Shown here: positions 19,411 to 30,842 of the stretch, piece after piece
How the letters are laid out: each line of letters begins with the position of its first letter
Position numbering within the stretch: position 1 is the stretch's first letter
NCBI RefSeq assembly: GCF_964021845.1
Contig: NZ_CAXHZC010000006.1
Coordinates: 9,084-73,083 of the forward strand
Direction: 5' to 3'
DNA length: 64,000 nucleotides
Source of the DNA: an uncultured Arcticibacterium sp.
GTDB lineage: Bacteria; Bacteroidota; Bacteroidia; Cytophagales; Spirosomataceae
Program-made: the position numbers and the translations under genes
Notes under the pieces: model-generated
Told to the model about the DNA's origin: nothing
The model's database searches: none
What the model saw: only the letters and a program-made list of their open reading frames with translations

Positions 19411-19501
19411 AGTGCGTCTGCAAAATCCCATATTCTTCGAAAAAATATAGTCTTTATAATGGCAAAATGCGTTTATAAAGAATTACTACTTTGAATAAAA
19501 A

Positions 19502-20284
19502 ATGAACAGAATAAAGCATATAGAGCAGTCAATCGCAGGTTTAAGAAATCAGCTACAAAATCACGCACTGTATAAGAATCTAAATAATATAGAAGACATT
19601 AAAACCTTCATGGAGCAGCATGTATTTGCCGTTTGGGATTTTATGTCTTTACTTAAAGCTCTTCAGTTAAAACTCACCACGGTTCAGATACCCTGGGTAC
19701 CCTCTAGCAATGCTACGCTTTCAAGGTTTATAAACGAGATAGTACATGGAGAAGAAAGTGATATAAATGAGCTTGGAGAACCCAAAAGCCATTATGAGAT
19801 GTATCTGGATGCCATGGAGCAAGTAAACGCCAATACCAAACCTGTAAAGGCTTTAATTGAATTAGTAGAATCAGGAAAATCAATAAACCATGCACTAGAC
19901 GAAATTGATGTACATGATGGAGTTAAAGATTTCGTGAACTTTTCTTTTGAAGTGATAGCTACCGATAAGCCACATCTTATAGCATCTGCCTTTACTTTTG
20001 GCAGAGAAGATTTAATTCCTGATATGTTTATAGAAATCTTAGAAAGTGCTGACGCCGAAAACAAAGTTTATAATAAGCTAAACTACTATTTGGCACGCCA
20101 CATAGAACTTGACGGCGATGAGCACGGCCCACTTTCTCTCCAAATGATTACAGAACTTTGTGGTTCTGATAATAAAAAATGGGAAGAAGCATTAGATATA
20201 GCCAAAAAAGCTTTAGAAAAACGCATAGGCCTTTGGGACACCATAAATGACCTACTAAAAAAGAAAGAAGCTACATTGATTTAG
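19502..20284 (+). CDS. DUF3050-family (heme-oxygenase-like fold) protein
   Basis: 260 aa. The pattern [16 protein letters not shown]...[12 protein letters not shown] matches my memory of DUF3050. Confidence 0.65.
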   Translation: MNRIKHIEQSIAGLRNQLQNHALYKNLNNIEDIKTFMEQHVFAVWDFMSLLKALQLKLTTVQIPWVPSSNATLSRFINEIVHGEESDINELGEPKSHYEMYLDAMEQVNANTKPVKALIELVESGKSINHALDEIDVHDGVKDFVNFSFEVIATDKPHLIASAFTFGREDLIPDMFIEILESADAENKVYNKLNYYLARHIELDGDEHGPLSLQMITELCGSDNKKWEEALDIAKKALEKRIGLWDTINDLLKKKEATLI

Positions 20285-22230
20285 TCTTCCTTCACCGCCA
20301 CAGATTTTAATAGCATTTCTTTGAGCTCTTTGAAATCACTTTTTAGCGAAGTATGTTCTTCTAATTTTGCCTCTAGTTTTTCTATTCTTGACGCGTATGC
20401 ACCAATGTCTTTTCTTAAATCATCTGTCACAGCTTTCAACGAAGCCGAGAACCTCTTTTCAGTAGCCAATTCCTCTTGAAGCTCCCTAGTCCTTGCTTCC
20501 AAGGCTTTTATGGCCGCAAAACTTACGCCATCAAAATCAGCTGTGGCTATGGTGCTGTCGTTTCCTATGGTACCATAGGCATCGTTACCAAAATGATGAT
20601 GGAAGTCTTGAGCCATTACGCCCCAGTGGCGGTGTTTGTTTACGTTTTGACCTTTATAATTCCATGTGCCTATTCGCATAGCAGCGACGCTTTTTAATAC
20701 GTCTTCACCATTAGAAGCTATGAAGTTTTCTTTCTTAGTACTGTCAGAAATACTTGACCAAGAGTTGGCATTATTCAGAGCCATTAAGCCAATGCTACTT
20801 GCCGACAAATCATTATTGGTGTATAATTTATATCCATTATGGAATCGGGCCAAGAACCTGTTTGATGCATCTGCTTTTAAGGAATCTCCTGTACTAACGA
20901 CATAATCACTTATGACCATTGCCCCTCTAAAACCATTGGTAGTTGCTCTTGTCCCACTTGCCGTGCTGTAATCTCCAGAAGCCTTGGTACGATAACCTAT
21001 AGCTGTAGAAGAATTACCAGAGGCTTCGGTAAACAGCCCCATCGATGTAGAATTTGAACCTAGAGCTTTGGTTTGATTACCCATAGCTGTGGAATAATCT
21101 CCTGAAGCATCTGTATCACTTCCCATAGCCGTGGATAAACCACCACTTGCTTCCGTAGAATAACCTATAGCGATAGAATAATCTCCATTAGCCATCGATT
21201 CATAACCCATAGCTGTTGAAGTATTTCCTAACGCAACTGTATTGTAACCTAGAGCTGTGGAATTGTAGCTGACCGCTTTTGTTTTATACCCTATGGCCGT
21301 AGAATAATCTCCTGCGGCTAAATTACTAGTACCCAACACTACAGAATAATCCCCCTGAGCTTCAGAAAAATTACCAATACCAATAGAACTATTACCAGAC
21401 ACGGTTGCATGAGTTCCCATAGCGAGGGAATACGCACCAGTGGAAATTGAATTATAACCAATTGCAGTAGAATTATCAGCTGAAGAAATTGACCTCGCAC
21501 CTAGAGCTGTAGAATAATTACCAGTAGCCTCATTATCTAAACCCAAAGCTGTAGAATAAAGCCCTTTTTTATCGAAGACCCAAGGATTATGCCTTCCAGA
21601 CCATAAAGACCTTGACATTGCATCATAAACTAAACCCTCTCCAAAATAATTCTGAATATCAGTAGCTACCTCATCTTGAAGTATTGCTTTCCACTTTAAC
21701 ACAAAACCACTACCAGTGTTATGGTCACTATCAGTCTTAAATTTAATTTTAACCGTTTTATCACTGATGACCAACCTTTCTGGCAGAGTACTGCCAGAAT
21801 AGGCTTCAATAATTTCAGAGGTATAATAATTCAAAACAAATAGAGTATCACCTTCAGCTTCAGTCCCAAAGGATTCAAAATCTAATTGATAAGCAAGAAA
21901 AAAAATATTATCAGTTTTGAAATCAAACTCACAATCATAAGCGAAACCACCAAAATAATTTAAATCTCCACCAGGGTCTTTTAATGTTCCAGCAAGAGAT
22001 ACATCTGGCACTCCTGTAGCACAACTCATGGTATGCACATTACTAGCTGGGTCATCTTCGGTAAATTCAACTTTTGGTCCCACGAGCAGCCCCTTACCGA
22101 AAACGTTTAATTGGTCTTGGTTCGTACTATCTCCATTTATGCTTTGTGCACCTGGGCTAATTAAAACAGACTGTGCTTTAATAAAAAATGGAACTAAAAC
22201 TAAGACTATAACAGGTAATATTTTATTCAT
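20281..22230 (-). CDS. secreted tail-fibre-like protein: CUB-like domain + YadA-head-like (Hep/Hag-type) repeats + C-terminal Peptidase_S74 intramolecular-chaperone domain
   Basis: Likely start is [21 protein letters not shown] at 22230. CUB-like segment C..DPGG..Y...C.F.F...GDTL.V......GS.LP..L.S....IKF.TD....GSGF.LKW (about 21688..22023). About 15 (N/D)YSTA(I/M/L)GY-type 14-aa repeats. C-terminus SDSTKKENF...WGVMAQDF...[20 protein letters not shown]. Confidence 0.7.
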   Translation of the reverse strand: MNKILPVIVLVLVPFFIKAQSVLISPGAQSINGDSTNQDQLNVFGKGLLVGPKVEFTEDDPASNVHTMSCATGVPDVSLAGTLKDPGGDLNYFGGFAYDCEFDFKTDNIFFLAYQLDFESFGTEAEGDTLFVLNYYTSEIIEAYSGSTLPERLVISDKTVKIKFKTDSDHNTGSGFVLKWKAILQDEVATDIQNYFGEGLVYDAMSRSLWSGRHNPWVFDKKGLYSTALGLDNEATGNYSTALGARSISSADNSTAIGYNSISTGAYSLAMGTHATVSGNSSIGIGNFSEAQGDYSVVLGTSNLAAGDYSTAIGYKTKAVSYNSTALGYNTVALGNTSTAMGYESMANGDYSIAIGYSTEASGGLSTAMGSDTDASGDYSTAMGNQTKALGSNSTSMGLFTEASGNSSTAIGYRTKASGDYSTASGTRATTNGFRGAMVISDYVVSTGDSLKADASNRFLARFHNGYKLYTNNDLSASSIGLMALNNANSWSSISDSTKKENFIASNGEDVLKSVAAMRIGTWNYKGQNVNKHRHWGVMAQDFHHHFGNDAYGTIGNDSTIATADFDGVSFAAIKALEARTRELQEELATEKRFSASLKAVTDDLRKDIGAYASRIEKLEAKLEEHTSLKSDFKELKEMLLKSVAVKED

Positions 22231-22570
22231 TCTTTTTTGGTTTTTTAAACTTAAAGTTAGCACAGAACGCTCTGATTATACCTTCCTAAGGGGAGGGTTT
22301 TATTTTGCGGTGAAAAATATATTAGCAGCCCTATGAAACTACCAAATCATTCTTATGTGGATAAATATTTCATTAGGAACTAACTACATACAAATACCAT
22401 AATTAAAATGCACAAACCGCATGTTCGTATACACGAAACGGTTATTGACAAATATCAAGCTAAACTCCTATTCCTTTTTGATTTATCAGTCTCTCTATCT
22501 TCTAAAATTTTGGACTGAATATTGGAGTATGAATAATTGAATATTTCTTAGCACTATAACAAAACTCTAT

Positions 22571-25500
22571 ATGAGACCAGTTAATAACACATCAATTAAT
22601 TGGAGTTTGCAATTTTGGCTTTTTACATTTTTAGGAATGCTTTTAATTCCTTTAAAAAGTACATGTCAACAAGACTATCTTCGATTTGAGAATTTTGGTA
22701 TTTCCGAAGGGCTCTCGCATAGTTATGTAACAAGTATCTGTCAAGACCAACTAGGCTTTCTTTGGTTCGGTTCAGGAAATGGTTTGAATAGGTATGATGG
22801 CTATTCGTTCAAAACATATAAAAACAAGGCCACAGACTCCACAAGCATAAGTAGTAATCAGATAACAGACATTCATCAAAGTAAAAACGGAAACTTATGG
22901 ATTACCACTACCGGAGGGGGGCTAAACCTATACGACATTAATAAAGACCATTTCATTAGCTTTAAGCACCAAAAAAAGAACATAAATTCAATTTCCTCCA
23001 ACTCCCTAAATGCGGTAATTGAAGACCATAAAGGGGATGTTTGGATAGGTACTGACGGTAAAGGACTAGATGTCTTTTCACCAAAAAATGGTACATTTTT
23101 TCATTATACTACTGACAAGGCTTCTGGTTTGAAAAGTAACTTTATCGAAACCATATATGAGGATAGTCAAAACAAAATTTGGATAGGAACACATACTGGA
23201 CTTTATGCTTTTGATGACAAAAAAAAGTCATTTATCTCCTTTAACTTGAGCCAAAATACTTCTACCAAAATAAGGATTAGCTCCATCTTGGAAGATAACA
23301 AAAAACAATTATGGATAGGTACCAATGGAAATGGCCTATTTATATATAATCCACATAATAATTCCATTAAACATCACCTTTCTCAAGTAAACAAATCAAA
23401 TGGTTTAGGAAGTAATGTCATATACTCCCTAGAAGAAGGTCCAAAAGGAAACATATGGATTGGTACAGAAAATGGCGGGCTGTCTATCTATAATCAAAAG
23501 GAGCAATCTTTTGAAACATTTAAAAACGATGAGTTAGACTCTTATAGCCTGAGTAGTAATTCAGTTCACTCATTACTAAAAGACCAAAAAGGAAATATGT
23601 GGATAGGCACCTTTAACGCAGGTGTAAGTCAAGTAAATATTGATGCTGAAAAGTTTATTCACTATCGCCGTATGTCTAAAGCTAATAGCCTTAATAACGA
23701 CAAGATTCTTACTATTTACGAAGATAAGAGAAACCAAATATGGATTGGGACAGATGGTGGTGGCTTAAACATCATGAACCCCAAAAATGGAAGTTTCAAA
23801 CATTTGACACATACTAATAACGATAGTCAGTCAATCACAGGAAACCACGTACTAAGTATTCTAGAAACGGGAAACAACGAAATATGGGTGGGTACCTGGG
23901 CCAATGGAATTACAGTTTTTAATACTGCTGGTAAAGTCCTCAGGCATTACAAAAACAACCCTTTAAAAAAGGGCTCTCTGAGTAATAATAACGTTTGGGT
24001 AATGCATCAAGACAGCAAAAGAAACATTTGGATTGGCACCTATGGCGGAGGAATTAACCTTTACAATCCTTTAAACAATTCTTTCATACATTATACCTCA
24101 AATCCAAGCAGCGGAAAAGGCACCAACAATAACAAAATACTTTCTATCACAGAAGACTCTAAAGGTTATATGTGGTTTGGAACTGATGGCGGTGGCCTAA
24201 ATAGAATGAAAAAAGCAGACAGCTCTTTTACCTATTTCATGCATCACGATAAAGACAATAGTATCAGCAGCAATAGTGTTGGAAATGTTTTTGAAGATCA
24301 GAAGGGCAACCTTTGGATTAGCACAAAAAACGGTTTGGACTTATACAAACCAAAAGAAAAGCTATTTACTAAGTTTTCAGAAGAAAATGGTTTAGAAGGA
24401 AATATAATTCAAGGTGTTTTAGAAGACAACAGTAAGAACCTTTGGATTAGTACTGATAAAGGCATTAGCCGCTATAATCCTAGAAGCAAAACTTTTCATA
24501 ATTATTCTGAAGCTGACGGACTACAGGAAGGTCAATTTAAAGAATTGGCTTTTTGCAAAACAAGGAGCGGAAAGATGTATTTCGGCGGAAATAATGGAAT
24601 TAACGCTTTCTGGCCTGACAGCGTAAAGCAAGTTAGCTTTGAACCTCCATTACTAATAACTGGTTTTAAAATTTTTAATAAAAATATAGCTGTAGCAAAG
24701 AATAAAGAAGACAGTTCACCTTTAAAAAACAACATTTCCCTTGTTGACAAACTTGTACTTTCTTACAGTGATGAAGTTATTTCTTTCGATTTTTCCTCCT
24801 TAAATTTTGTATCAGAAAAAAAGAAAAAATACCAATACAGAATGCTTGGCTTTGACCAAGAATGGCAGCAAGTAGGAAACGAACATACTGCTACCTATAC
24901 TAATCTTGACCCTGGCAACTACATTTTCCAAATAAACGGCTTAAATAATGACGGTACTTGGTCTCAAAACCCTAAAGAGTTAAATCTAACTATCACACCT
25001 CCATTTTGGAAAACGTGGTGGTTTAGGCTACTAATGCTTATCGTCTTTTTGGGAAGCCTTTTTGCTCTTTACCGATATAGAACAAGAACTATAAGGTCAA
25101 AAAAAGCATCTTTAGAAAGGAAAATAAGCAGACGTACTAAAGAGTTACAAATATCTACTGAGCAAGAAATTAAAGCTCGTGAAGAAGCCGAAAAAGCTAA
25201 AACCGATGCTGAACTTGCCAACAAAGCCAAAAGCGTTTTTCTGGCTACCATGAGTCATGAAATAAGAACCCCCATGAATGGTGTCATAGGAATGAGTAAC
25301 CTCTTACTGGAAACAGAACTAAACAAAGAGCAAAGGAGCTATGCAGAAACCATTGGGGTTTCGGCCGACAACCTTCTAACGGTGATAAACGATATTCTTG
25401 ACTTTTCTAAAATAGAGTCTGGAAAAATGGAACTTGAAGATAAAGACTTTAAACTTAGAACTTGTATTGAAGAGGTTATTGACCTATTTGCAAAAAAAGC

Positions 25501-26785
25501 AGTTGAAAAGAATTTAGACCTTGTTTATCACATAGACCCAAAGGTTTCACCACATATCTATGGTGACCCTACAAGACTTAGACAAATTCTTATTAACCTT
25601 ATTGGGAATGCCATAAAGTTTACCCACGAGGGCGAAATATTCTTAAACGTAAAATTAGCTAACACACATATTCCGGATAAAATCAACCTCACTTTTGAAG
25701 TGCGTGATACCGGAATTGGAATACCCAAAAAGAAAAGAGATAAATTATTTCAGGCATTTTCACAAGTGGACTCCTCCGTTACAAGAAAATATGGAGGAAC
25801 CGGCTTAGGTTTAATTATAAGCAAAAGATTAGTCAATTTAATGGGCGGCGAAATTGGCATAGAAAGTCAGGAAGGCACGGGCACTACTTTCTATTTTAAC
25901 ATCATAACCATGCCTGGGGAAGAATCTGAACCCATTCACAAAGCTGTCACCGAATTAGATGCCTTAAAAGGGAAACGAATTTTGGTAATAGACGATAACG
26001 AAACCAATAGACAAATTTTAGAAGCACAGCTTAACTTTTGGGAATTCAAACCGACTATTGCGTCTTCTGGCTTGGACGCTCTCAAATTGATTAAAAAATC
26101 GGAAAACTTCGATATCATCTTAACTGACATGGAAATGCCAGACATGGATGGTTTAGAATTAGCTCATGAAATACGTAAAAACGATTCAAATACACCAATT
26201 ATTCTACTTAGTTCTCTGGGTGATATATCTTATAAAAACCATTCAGAGCTAATTTCAGCAAGCCTGACTAAGCCTGTAAAACAAGATCTACTTTACAAGG
26301 AAATCCTGAATCAGCTCAAAACCTCTACTACCCTTCAAAATGCTGATATTAAAGTAGATAAGAAAAACACTGAAGAGTGTTTTGCACAAAATTATCCTGC
26401 CAATATCATGGTGGCTGAAGACAACATAATTAACCAAATGGTCATAAGTAAGGTTTTAAAAAGTCTTGGATTTCAGCCAACATTAGCTGTTAATGGAATT
26501 CAAGTAGTTGAAAAGTTTAACCAAGATGATTTCAATATAATATTAATGGATATCCAAATGCCTGAAATGGACGGTCTAGAGGCAACCCAACAAATAAGAA
26601 AACTACAAAAAAAACAGCCTGTAATAATAGCAATGACAGCTAATGCAATGGCAGGTGATAAAGAAATATGCTTAGAAGCTGGAATGGATGATTATATCAG
26701 CAAACCAATAAATAAGCAGGACTTGATGCACAAAATAAAAAGTGGGTTTTCAAAACTAAAGATGGAAGAAAGCACCTCCAAATAA
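22571..26785 (+). CDS. hybrid sensor histidine kinase with Reg_prop beta-propellers/Y_Y_Y sensor and two receiver domains (no DNA-binding domain)
   Basis: 1404 aa. Many G..W.GT..GGL..Y propeller repeats and one TM helix ([19 protein letters not shown]). HisKA ([12 protein letters not shown]), HATPase ([12 protein letters not shown]), REC1 (VIDDNETNR...[10 protein letters not shown]) and REC2 (VAEDNIINQ...[10 protein letters not shown]). The exact start is uncertain. Confidence 0.85.
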   Translation: MRPVNNTSINWSLQFWLFTFLGMLLIPLKSTCQQDYLRFENFGISEGLSHSYVTSICQDQLGFLWFGSGNGLNRYDGYSFKTYKNKATDSTSISSNQITDIHQSKNGNLWITTTGGGLNLYDINKDHFISFKHQKKNINSISSNSLNAVIEDHKGDVWIGTDGKGLDVFSPKNGTFFHYTTDKASGLKSNFIETIYEDSQNKIWIGTHTGLYAFDDKKKSFISFNLSQNTSTKIRISSILEDNKKQLWIGTNGNGLFIYNPHNNSIKHHLSQVNKSNGLGSNVIYSLEEGPKGNIWIGTENGGLSIYNQKEQSFETFKNDELDSYSLSSNSVHSLLKDQKGNMWIGTFNAGVSQVNIDAEKFIHYRRMSKANSLNNDKILTIYEDKRNQIWIGTDGGGLNIMNPKNGSFKHLTHTNNDSQSITGNHVLSILETGNNEIWVGTWANGITVFNTAGKVLRHYKNNPLKKGSLSNNNVWVMHQDSKRNIWIGTYGGGINLYNPLNNSFIHYTSNPSSGKGTNNNKILSITEDSKGYMWFGTDGGGLNRMKKADSSFTYFMHHDKDNSISSNSVGNVFEDQKGNLWISTKNGLDLYKPKEKLFTKFSEENGLEGNIIQGVLEDNSKNLWISTDKGISRYNPRSKTFHNYSEADGLQEGQFKELAFCKTRSGKMYFGGNNGINAFWPDSVKQVSFEPPLLITGFKIFNKNIAVAKNKEDSSPLKNNISLVDKLVLSYSDEVISFDFSSLNFVSEKKKKYQYRMLGFDQEWQQVGNEHTATYTNLDPGNYIFQINGLNNDGTWSQNPKELNLTITPPFWKTWWFRLLMLIVFLGSLFALYRYRTRTIRSKKASLERKISRRTKELQISTEQEIKAREEAEKAKTDAELANKAKSVFLATMSHEIRTPMNGVIGMSNLLLETELNKEQRSYAETIGVSADNLLTVINDILDFSKIESGKMELEDKDFKLRTCIEEVIDLFAKKAVEKNLDLVYHIDPKVSPHIYGDPTRLRQILINLIGNAIKFTHEGEIFLNVKLANTHIPDKINLTFEVRDTGIGIPKKKRDKLFQAFSQVDSSVTRKYGGTGLGLIISKRLVNLMGGEIGIESQEGTGTTFYFNIITMPGEESEPIHKAVTELDALKGKRILVIDDNETNRQILEAQLNFWEFKPTIASSGLDALKLIKKSENFDIILTDMEMPDMDGLELAHEIRKNDSNTPIILLSSLGDISYKNHSELISASLTKPVKQDLLYKEILNQLKTSTTLQNADIKVDKKNTEECFAQNYPANIMVAEDNIINQMVISKVLKSLGFQPTLAVNGIQVVEKFNQDDFNIILMDIQMPEMDGLEATQQIRKLQKKQPVIIAMTANAMAGDKEICLEAGMDDYISKPINKQDLMHKIKSGFSKLKMEESTSK

Positions 26786-26926
26786 GCTGAAATATCAAAC
26801 TGCTTAATGCAAATAAAATCCAGTCATAAGTCAACTCCTTTCTAAAAATCATCTAGCATAAAAAAACAAAGCATTACGCTACTTTCCGCATGTTTCATAT
26901 AAACTGACTATTTTGCATTTTTACTA

Positions 26927-27475
26927 ATGCTTCTTTACATGAAATACTTTTTTGTTTTACTCCTAAGTGTATCTTTTACATTAAAAGCACAAACGGCAAC
27001 TGAAAAAATTGACACACTAGCGGCCGCGGACCCACTTCTGATTGACATGCCCACCTACAGCATTGAATTACCAAATACTTGGACTATAAAAACAGGCTGT
27101 GTAGAAGCACAGTGCACAGCTCATTCGCCCACAGATACTTTACGAGGGTATGACACTTATATAGAAAGTGTTAACCTTACGGTCAATAAACTTTCGTCGG
27201 CCAGTTATACGGCAGAGAAGTATGCTAATTTCTCTATTGGCTATTTGCCCAAAGTGGTCAAGGAGTTCAAGGTTTTAGAGAAAAAGAAACTCAACTCAAA
27301 AAGCTATGTCATCTCTTATAAAGGCAACAAAAATAATATCTGGCAAACCTGGATACAGTATTATCATGTAAGAAACAGCAAGGTGTATATTGTAACTTTT
27401 TCAGGTGAAACGCTGAAGTATTACCACTATAAAGACTTTATAACTCCATATTTAGATAGTTATAAGTTCAAATAA
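26927..27475 (+). CDS. hypothetical secreted protein
   Basis: 182 aa with a signal peptide ending TLKAQ. The start may be MKYFF at 26939. No recognisable domain. Confidence 0.5.
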   Translation: MLLYMKYFFVLLLSVSFTLKAQTATEKIDTLAAADPLLIDMPTYSIELPNTWTIKTGCVEAQCTAHSPTDTLRGYDTYIESVNLTVNKLSSASYTAEKYANFSIGYLPKVVKEFKVLEKKKLNSKSYVISYKGNKNNIWQTWIQYYHVRNSKVYIVTFSGETLKYYHYKDFITPYLDSYKFK

Positions 27476-27701
27476 CTTAAACCCACCGCTTATCCGCCAC
27501 TGAACTACCAAATCTCTCCCTTAGAAGTAGCTTCAATTTCCCCATATGGCTTATTTTAGATAGAATTGCACTATTGTGATTCTTTACTAAATCATTATTT
27601 CTACAAGAACAAACCGTTAAGAACCTCCTCCTTTTTCAGCCCTGATTGTTAAGCAATCTTTAAATTCCTAACAAGCGGAATTTCGCTATTACTAATAGAT
27701 A

Positions 27702-27709
27702 TACGTTTG
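27702..27709 (+). promoter_or_regulatory. candidate -7 box (TACGTTTG) for susC-like gene
   Basis: TAnnTTTG match 39 nt upstream of the ATG at 27748. Confidence 0.3.
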
Positions 27710-27747
27710 CGTCTCAAATCATTTATTAGTTCAATCAAACAAGTTTT

Positions 27748-30700
27748 ATGAGACAAAATTTACCTAAAGTCTCCTTGCGACATTTCTATTTGTCGTTAAT
27801 GGGATTTTTAATTATTTGTGGAAGTTCTTGGGCTAGCGAGCCTACCAGAACAGTGAGAGGGATTGTGAGCGATGCTCAAACAAACGAGACACTAACAGGG
27901 TGTACAGTTACCGTAAAGGGAACTAATGTAGGTGTCATTACTGATGTAAACGGTGAGTATAGCCTAAACGTAGAAAACGAGAACGCCGTTTTAGTTTTTG
28001 GCTTTATTGGATATACTACACAAGAGGTGATAGTAGGAAACCAGACCACCATAAGTGTGGCTTTAAGCCCTAACATGAATGACCTAAAAGAGGTGGTTGT
28101 GATTGGTTACGGAACGGCAAAAAAAGGAGACCTTTCTTCTGCCGTGGTAAGCGTAGAAAATGTAGAAAAAATAAAAGACAGACCCGTTCTTGATGTTGCC
28201 AATTTGATTCAAGGAAGAGTACCTGGCGTAACCGCTATAAGCAATGGTGGCCACCCAAACTCGACACCAAAAATCACAATTAGAGGTACTGGTTCTAGAG
28301 GAACTGAAAACGTACTTTACGTGGTTAACGGGGTACCAAATGCTCCTTATAACCCAGCAGACATTGAGTCTATCACGGTGCTTAAAGATGCCGCTTCCGC
28401 CGCTATTTATGGAGCATTTTCTGGGTCTGCAGGTGTAATATTAATTACTACTCGTCAGGCTTCCTCAGGAAAACCAAGTATAGAGTACAATGGCTTTATG
28501 GGAGCTAAACAAGCTTGGAAGACACCAAATGCCCTAACTGCCGACAAAGAAGCAGAGGTATCAAATTTAGCTATGCAAAACGCTGGCCTTAACCCTTTAG
28601 ACGGTTGGGATGCCACTAAGAATCCTTACGCTGCCGTTACCAGAACAAACTGGATAGACGAAATTTTCAGAATAGGAACCATTCAACGTCATAATTTCTC
28701 AATTAATGCTGGAACGGATAAATTCTCAACGCTCTTCCAAGGAAGGTATGAAAACAACGAGGGTACTTTATTAAACACGTACAGTGAAAACATCTCTTTA
28801 AGGTTTAATAGTCAATACAGTTTTGACGACCACCTTAAATTCCGTCAAGAAGTATTTTGGAACAATAGCGACAGCCGCGGCACATCTACAGAAAGTGGCT
28901 ATAGCGGAACTATACTTTCTGCTATTTATATGCCTAGCTCTGCTGTTCCTTACTATGAAGATGGAAGTTTTGGTGGCGTAGGCCCAAGAGATTCTGATTA
29001 TTTAGGAATTCATGGTGATGCCATTAACCCGGTAGGAACACTTTTAAGAAATCAACCTTACAATAAAGGCAGCGATTTACAGTCGGTATCTGAGTTATCA
29101 TACTCTGACATTATTCCTGGCTTAAATTTCTTGACAAGATATTCTTACCGCTCTCAAGCCTCACTTTATAAGAAATTCAACCCTAAAGTAACAGAGCCAG
29201 GTAAACCTAACAATCAAAACTCTTTAAACTACAGCACCAATAAAGGTTATAACTGGATTTGGGAAAACACCTTAAACTATACACGTACCCTTGGTAACCA
29301 TAACCTTGGAGCTATGGTGTCAACTACAGCACAAGAAAATGGTGCAAAAGGCTTTTCAGCTGCAGCAAGAGACTTCCCAGATGAAGAAGATTGGGCTCAA
29401 TTTTTCTTAAATGCTCAAACTTTTAGTTCTGACAGGCCTGGCGACTATGACTGGAAAGACAGAAACTTATCTTACGTTGGAAGGCTTTCTTATAGCTGGT
29501 CAAACAGATATTTCTTAACAGGGAGTTACCGTTATGACATCGCCGGAAGATTAGCAGAAGGTTATAGAGGAAAAGGTTTTCCAGCAGCCACCGCTGCATG
29601 GAAAATAAGTTCTGAGCCATTTTTCAATATCCCATTAATAAACTCATTAAAACTAAGAGCTAGCTGGGGAGAAATAGGAAACATTGGTTCTATAGGCAGA
29701 TACTACGGTTATGCTACACTTAGCACTAATAATACATTCCAAATTGGTAGCGATGCTCCTTACTCTCCTGCTCTTTATGTTGGTAGTTTGAACAATCCCG
29801 CTTTATCATGGGAAACTTCTAAACAAACAGACATCGGTTTAGATCTAACTATGCTTAACGAACACCTATCTCTTTCTGTAGATTATTTTGACAAGCTTAC
29901 TTATGACCTAATCAAACAACAAGATACAGACTGGACTAACACTTACGGTTTTGGTGCTCCATTGATTAATCAGGGTAAAATTAGAAATACAGGTCTTGAA
30001 GTTATGGCTTCTTACAGCGGAAACTCAGGCGAGCTAGCTTATGAGTTTAGTGGGAATATTGCTACGCTAAAAAACAGCGTAGAAGAAATTGACAACAACC
30101 CTGACTCTTTCTGGGCTCACGGAAATGCATGGAGAGGAACCATTAGACCGTACAGGTCTACCGTAGGTCAACCTTACTATTCTTACTGGATGATTAAAAC
30201 AGATGGCATTTTCCAATCAGATGAGGAAGCTGCCAGCTATACTTTCAATGGAGAAAGAATTCAGCCAAATGCCCAAGCGGGAGATTTGAAATTTGTTGAC
30301 CTAAACGAAGACGGAAAAATTGATGACAATGACCGTTCTTACATGGGTTCGGCTGCTCCTAAGTTAACCTACGGTTTCAATACTAACCTTACTTACAAAA
30401 ACTTCGACTTAAGTGTATTCTTCCAAGGTGTAGCTGGAGTTAAATTATTCCACGCTTTCAAAGAGTCTACTCTTAACGCTTCTGAGCAAGGTTATAACAG
30501 ATGGGACAAAATTTTGGACGCTTGGTCTCCTACAAATAGCGATTCAGACATTCCTAGAATATCTGCAAACGACCCAAACAATAACTTCCAGACTGCCTCT
30601 GACTGGTACCTAGAAAGTGGTGACTACCTAAGATTGAAAAACTTAGTGCTTGGCTATACTTTCCCTACGCTTGGGCCAGTATCTGGTTTGAGAGTTTACG

Positions 30701-30831
30701 TTAGTGGTGACAACCTGCTAACCTTCACTAAGTATTCAGGAATGGACCCAGAGGTTGGTGGTATTGGTTTTGACGGAGGTCAGTTCCCTGTATCGCGTGT
30801 TTATGCTGCAGGTTTAAAGTTTAAATTCTAA
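27748..30831 (+). CDS. SusC/RagA-family TonB-linked outer membrane protein
   Basis: 1027 aa. Signal peptide, carboxypeptidase-regulatory-like N-domain (VRGIVSD...VTVKGTNVG..TD.NGEYSL), plug (VVIGYGTAKKGDL, ITVLKDAASAAIYG) and a barrel ending AGLKFKF. Confidence 0.9.
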   Translation: MRQNLPKVSLRHFYLSLMGFLIICGSSWASEPTRTVRGIVSDAQTNETLTGCTVTVKGTNVGVITDVNGEYSLNVENENAVLVFGFIGYTTQEVIVGNQTTISVALSPNMNDLKEVVVIGYGTAKKGDLSSAVVSVENVEKIKDRPVLDVANLIQGRVPGVTAISNGGHPNSTPKITIRGTGSRGTENVLYVVNGVPNAPYNPADIESITVLKDAASAAIYGAFSGSAGVILITTRQASSGKPSIEYNGFMGAKQAWKTPNALTADKEAEVSNLAMQNAGLNPLDGWDATKNPYAAVTRTNWIDEIFRIGTIQRHNFSINAGTDKFSTLFQGRYENNEGTLLNTYSENISLRFNSQYSFDDHLKFRQEVFWNNSDSRGTSTESGYSGTILSAIYMPSSAVPYYEDGSFGGVGPRDSDYLGIHGDAINPVGTLLRNQPYNKGSDLQSVSELSYSDIIPGLNFLTRYSYRSQASLYKKFNPKVTEPGKPNNQNSLNYSTNKGYNWIWENTLNYTRTLGNHNLGAMVSTTAQENGAKGFSAAARDFPDEEDWAQFFLNAQTFSSDRPGDYDWKDRNLSYVGRLSYSWSNRYFLTGSYRYDIAGRLAEGYRGKGFPAATAAWKISSEPFFNIPLINSLKLRASWGEIGNIGSIGRYYGYATLSTNNTFQIGSDAPYSPALYVGSLNNPALSWETSKQTDIGLDLTMLNEHLSLSVDYFDKLTYDLIKQQDTDWTNTYGFGAPLINQGKIRNTGLEVMASYSGNSGELAYEFSGNIATLKNSVEEIDNNPDSFWAHGNAWRGTIRPYRSTVGQPYYSYWMIKTDGIFQSDEEAASYTFNGERIQPNAQAGDLKFVDLNEDGKIDDNDRSYMGSAAPKLTYGFNTNLTYKNFDLSVFFQGVAGVKLFHAFKESTLNASEQGYNRWDKILDAWSPTNSDSDIPRISANDPNNNFQTASDWYLESGDYLRLKNLVLGYTFPTLGPVSGLRVYVSGDNLLTFTKYSGMDPEVGGIGFDGGQFPVSRVYAAGLKFKF

Positions 30832-30842
30832 TTATTACGACA

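Noticed and set aside
19265-19450. 61-aa ORF in the track
   Set aside because: It is almost entirely occupied by a well-folding tRNA-Gln (19297..19367) and its terminator, so it is not coding.
20281-22230. Prophage or phage-tail remnant, suggested by the 'tail fibre' S74 domains here and at 57608..59212
   Set aside because: There is no capsid, portal, terminase, baseplate, tape-measure, lysis or integrase gene anywhere in the 64 kb. Both genes have Sec signal peptides and ordinary chromosomal neighbours. I treat them as host surface fibres.
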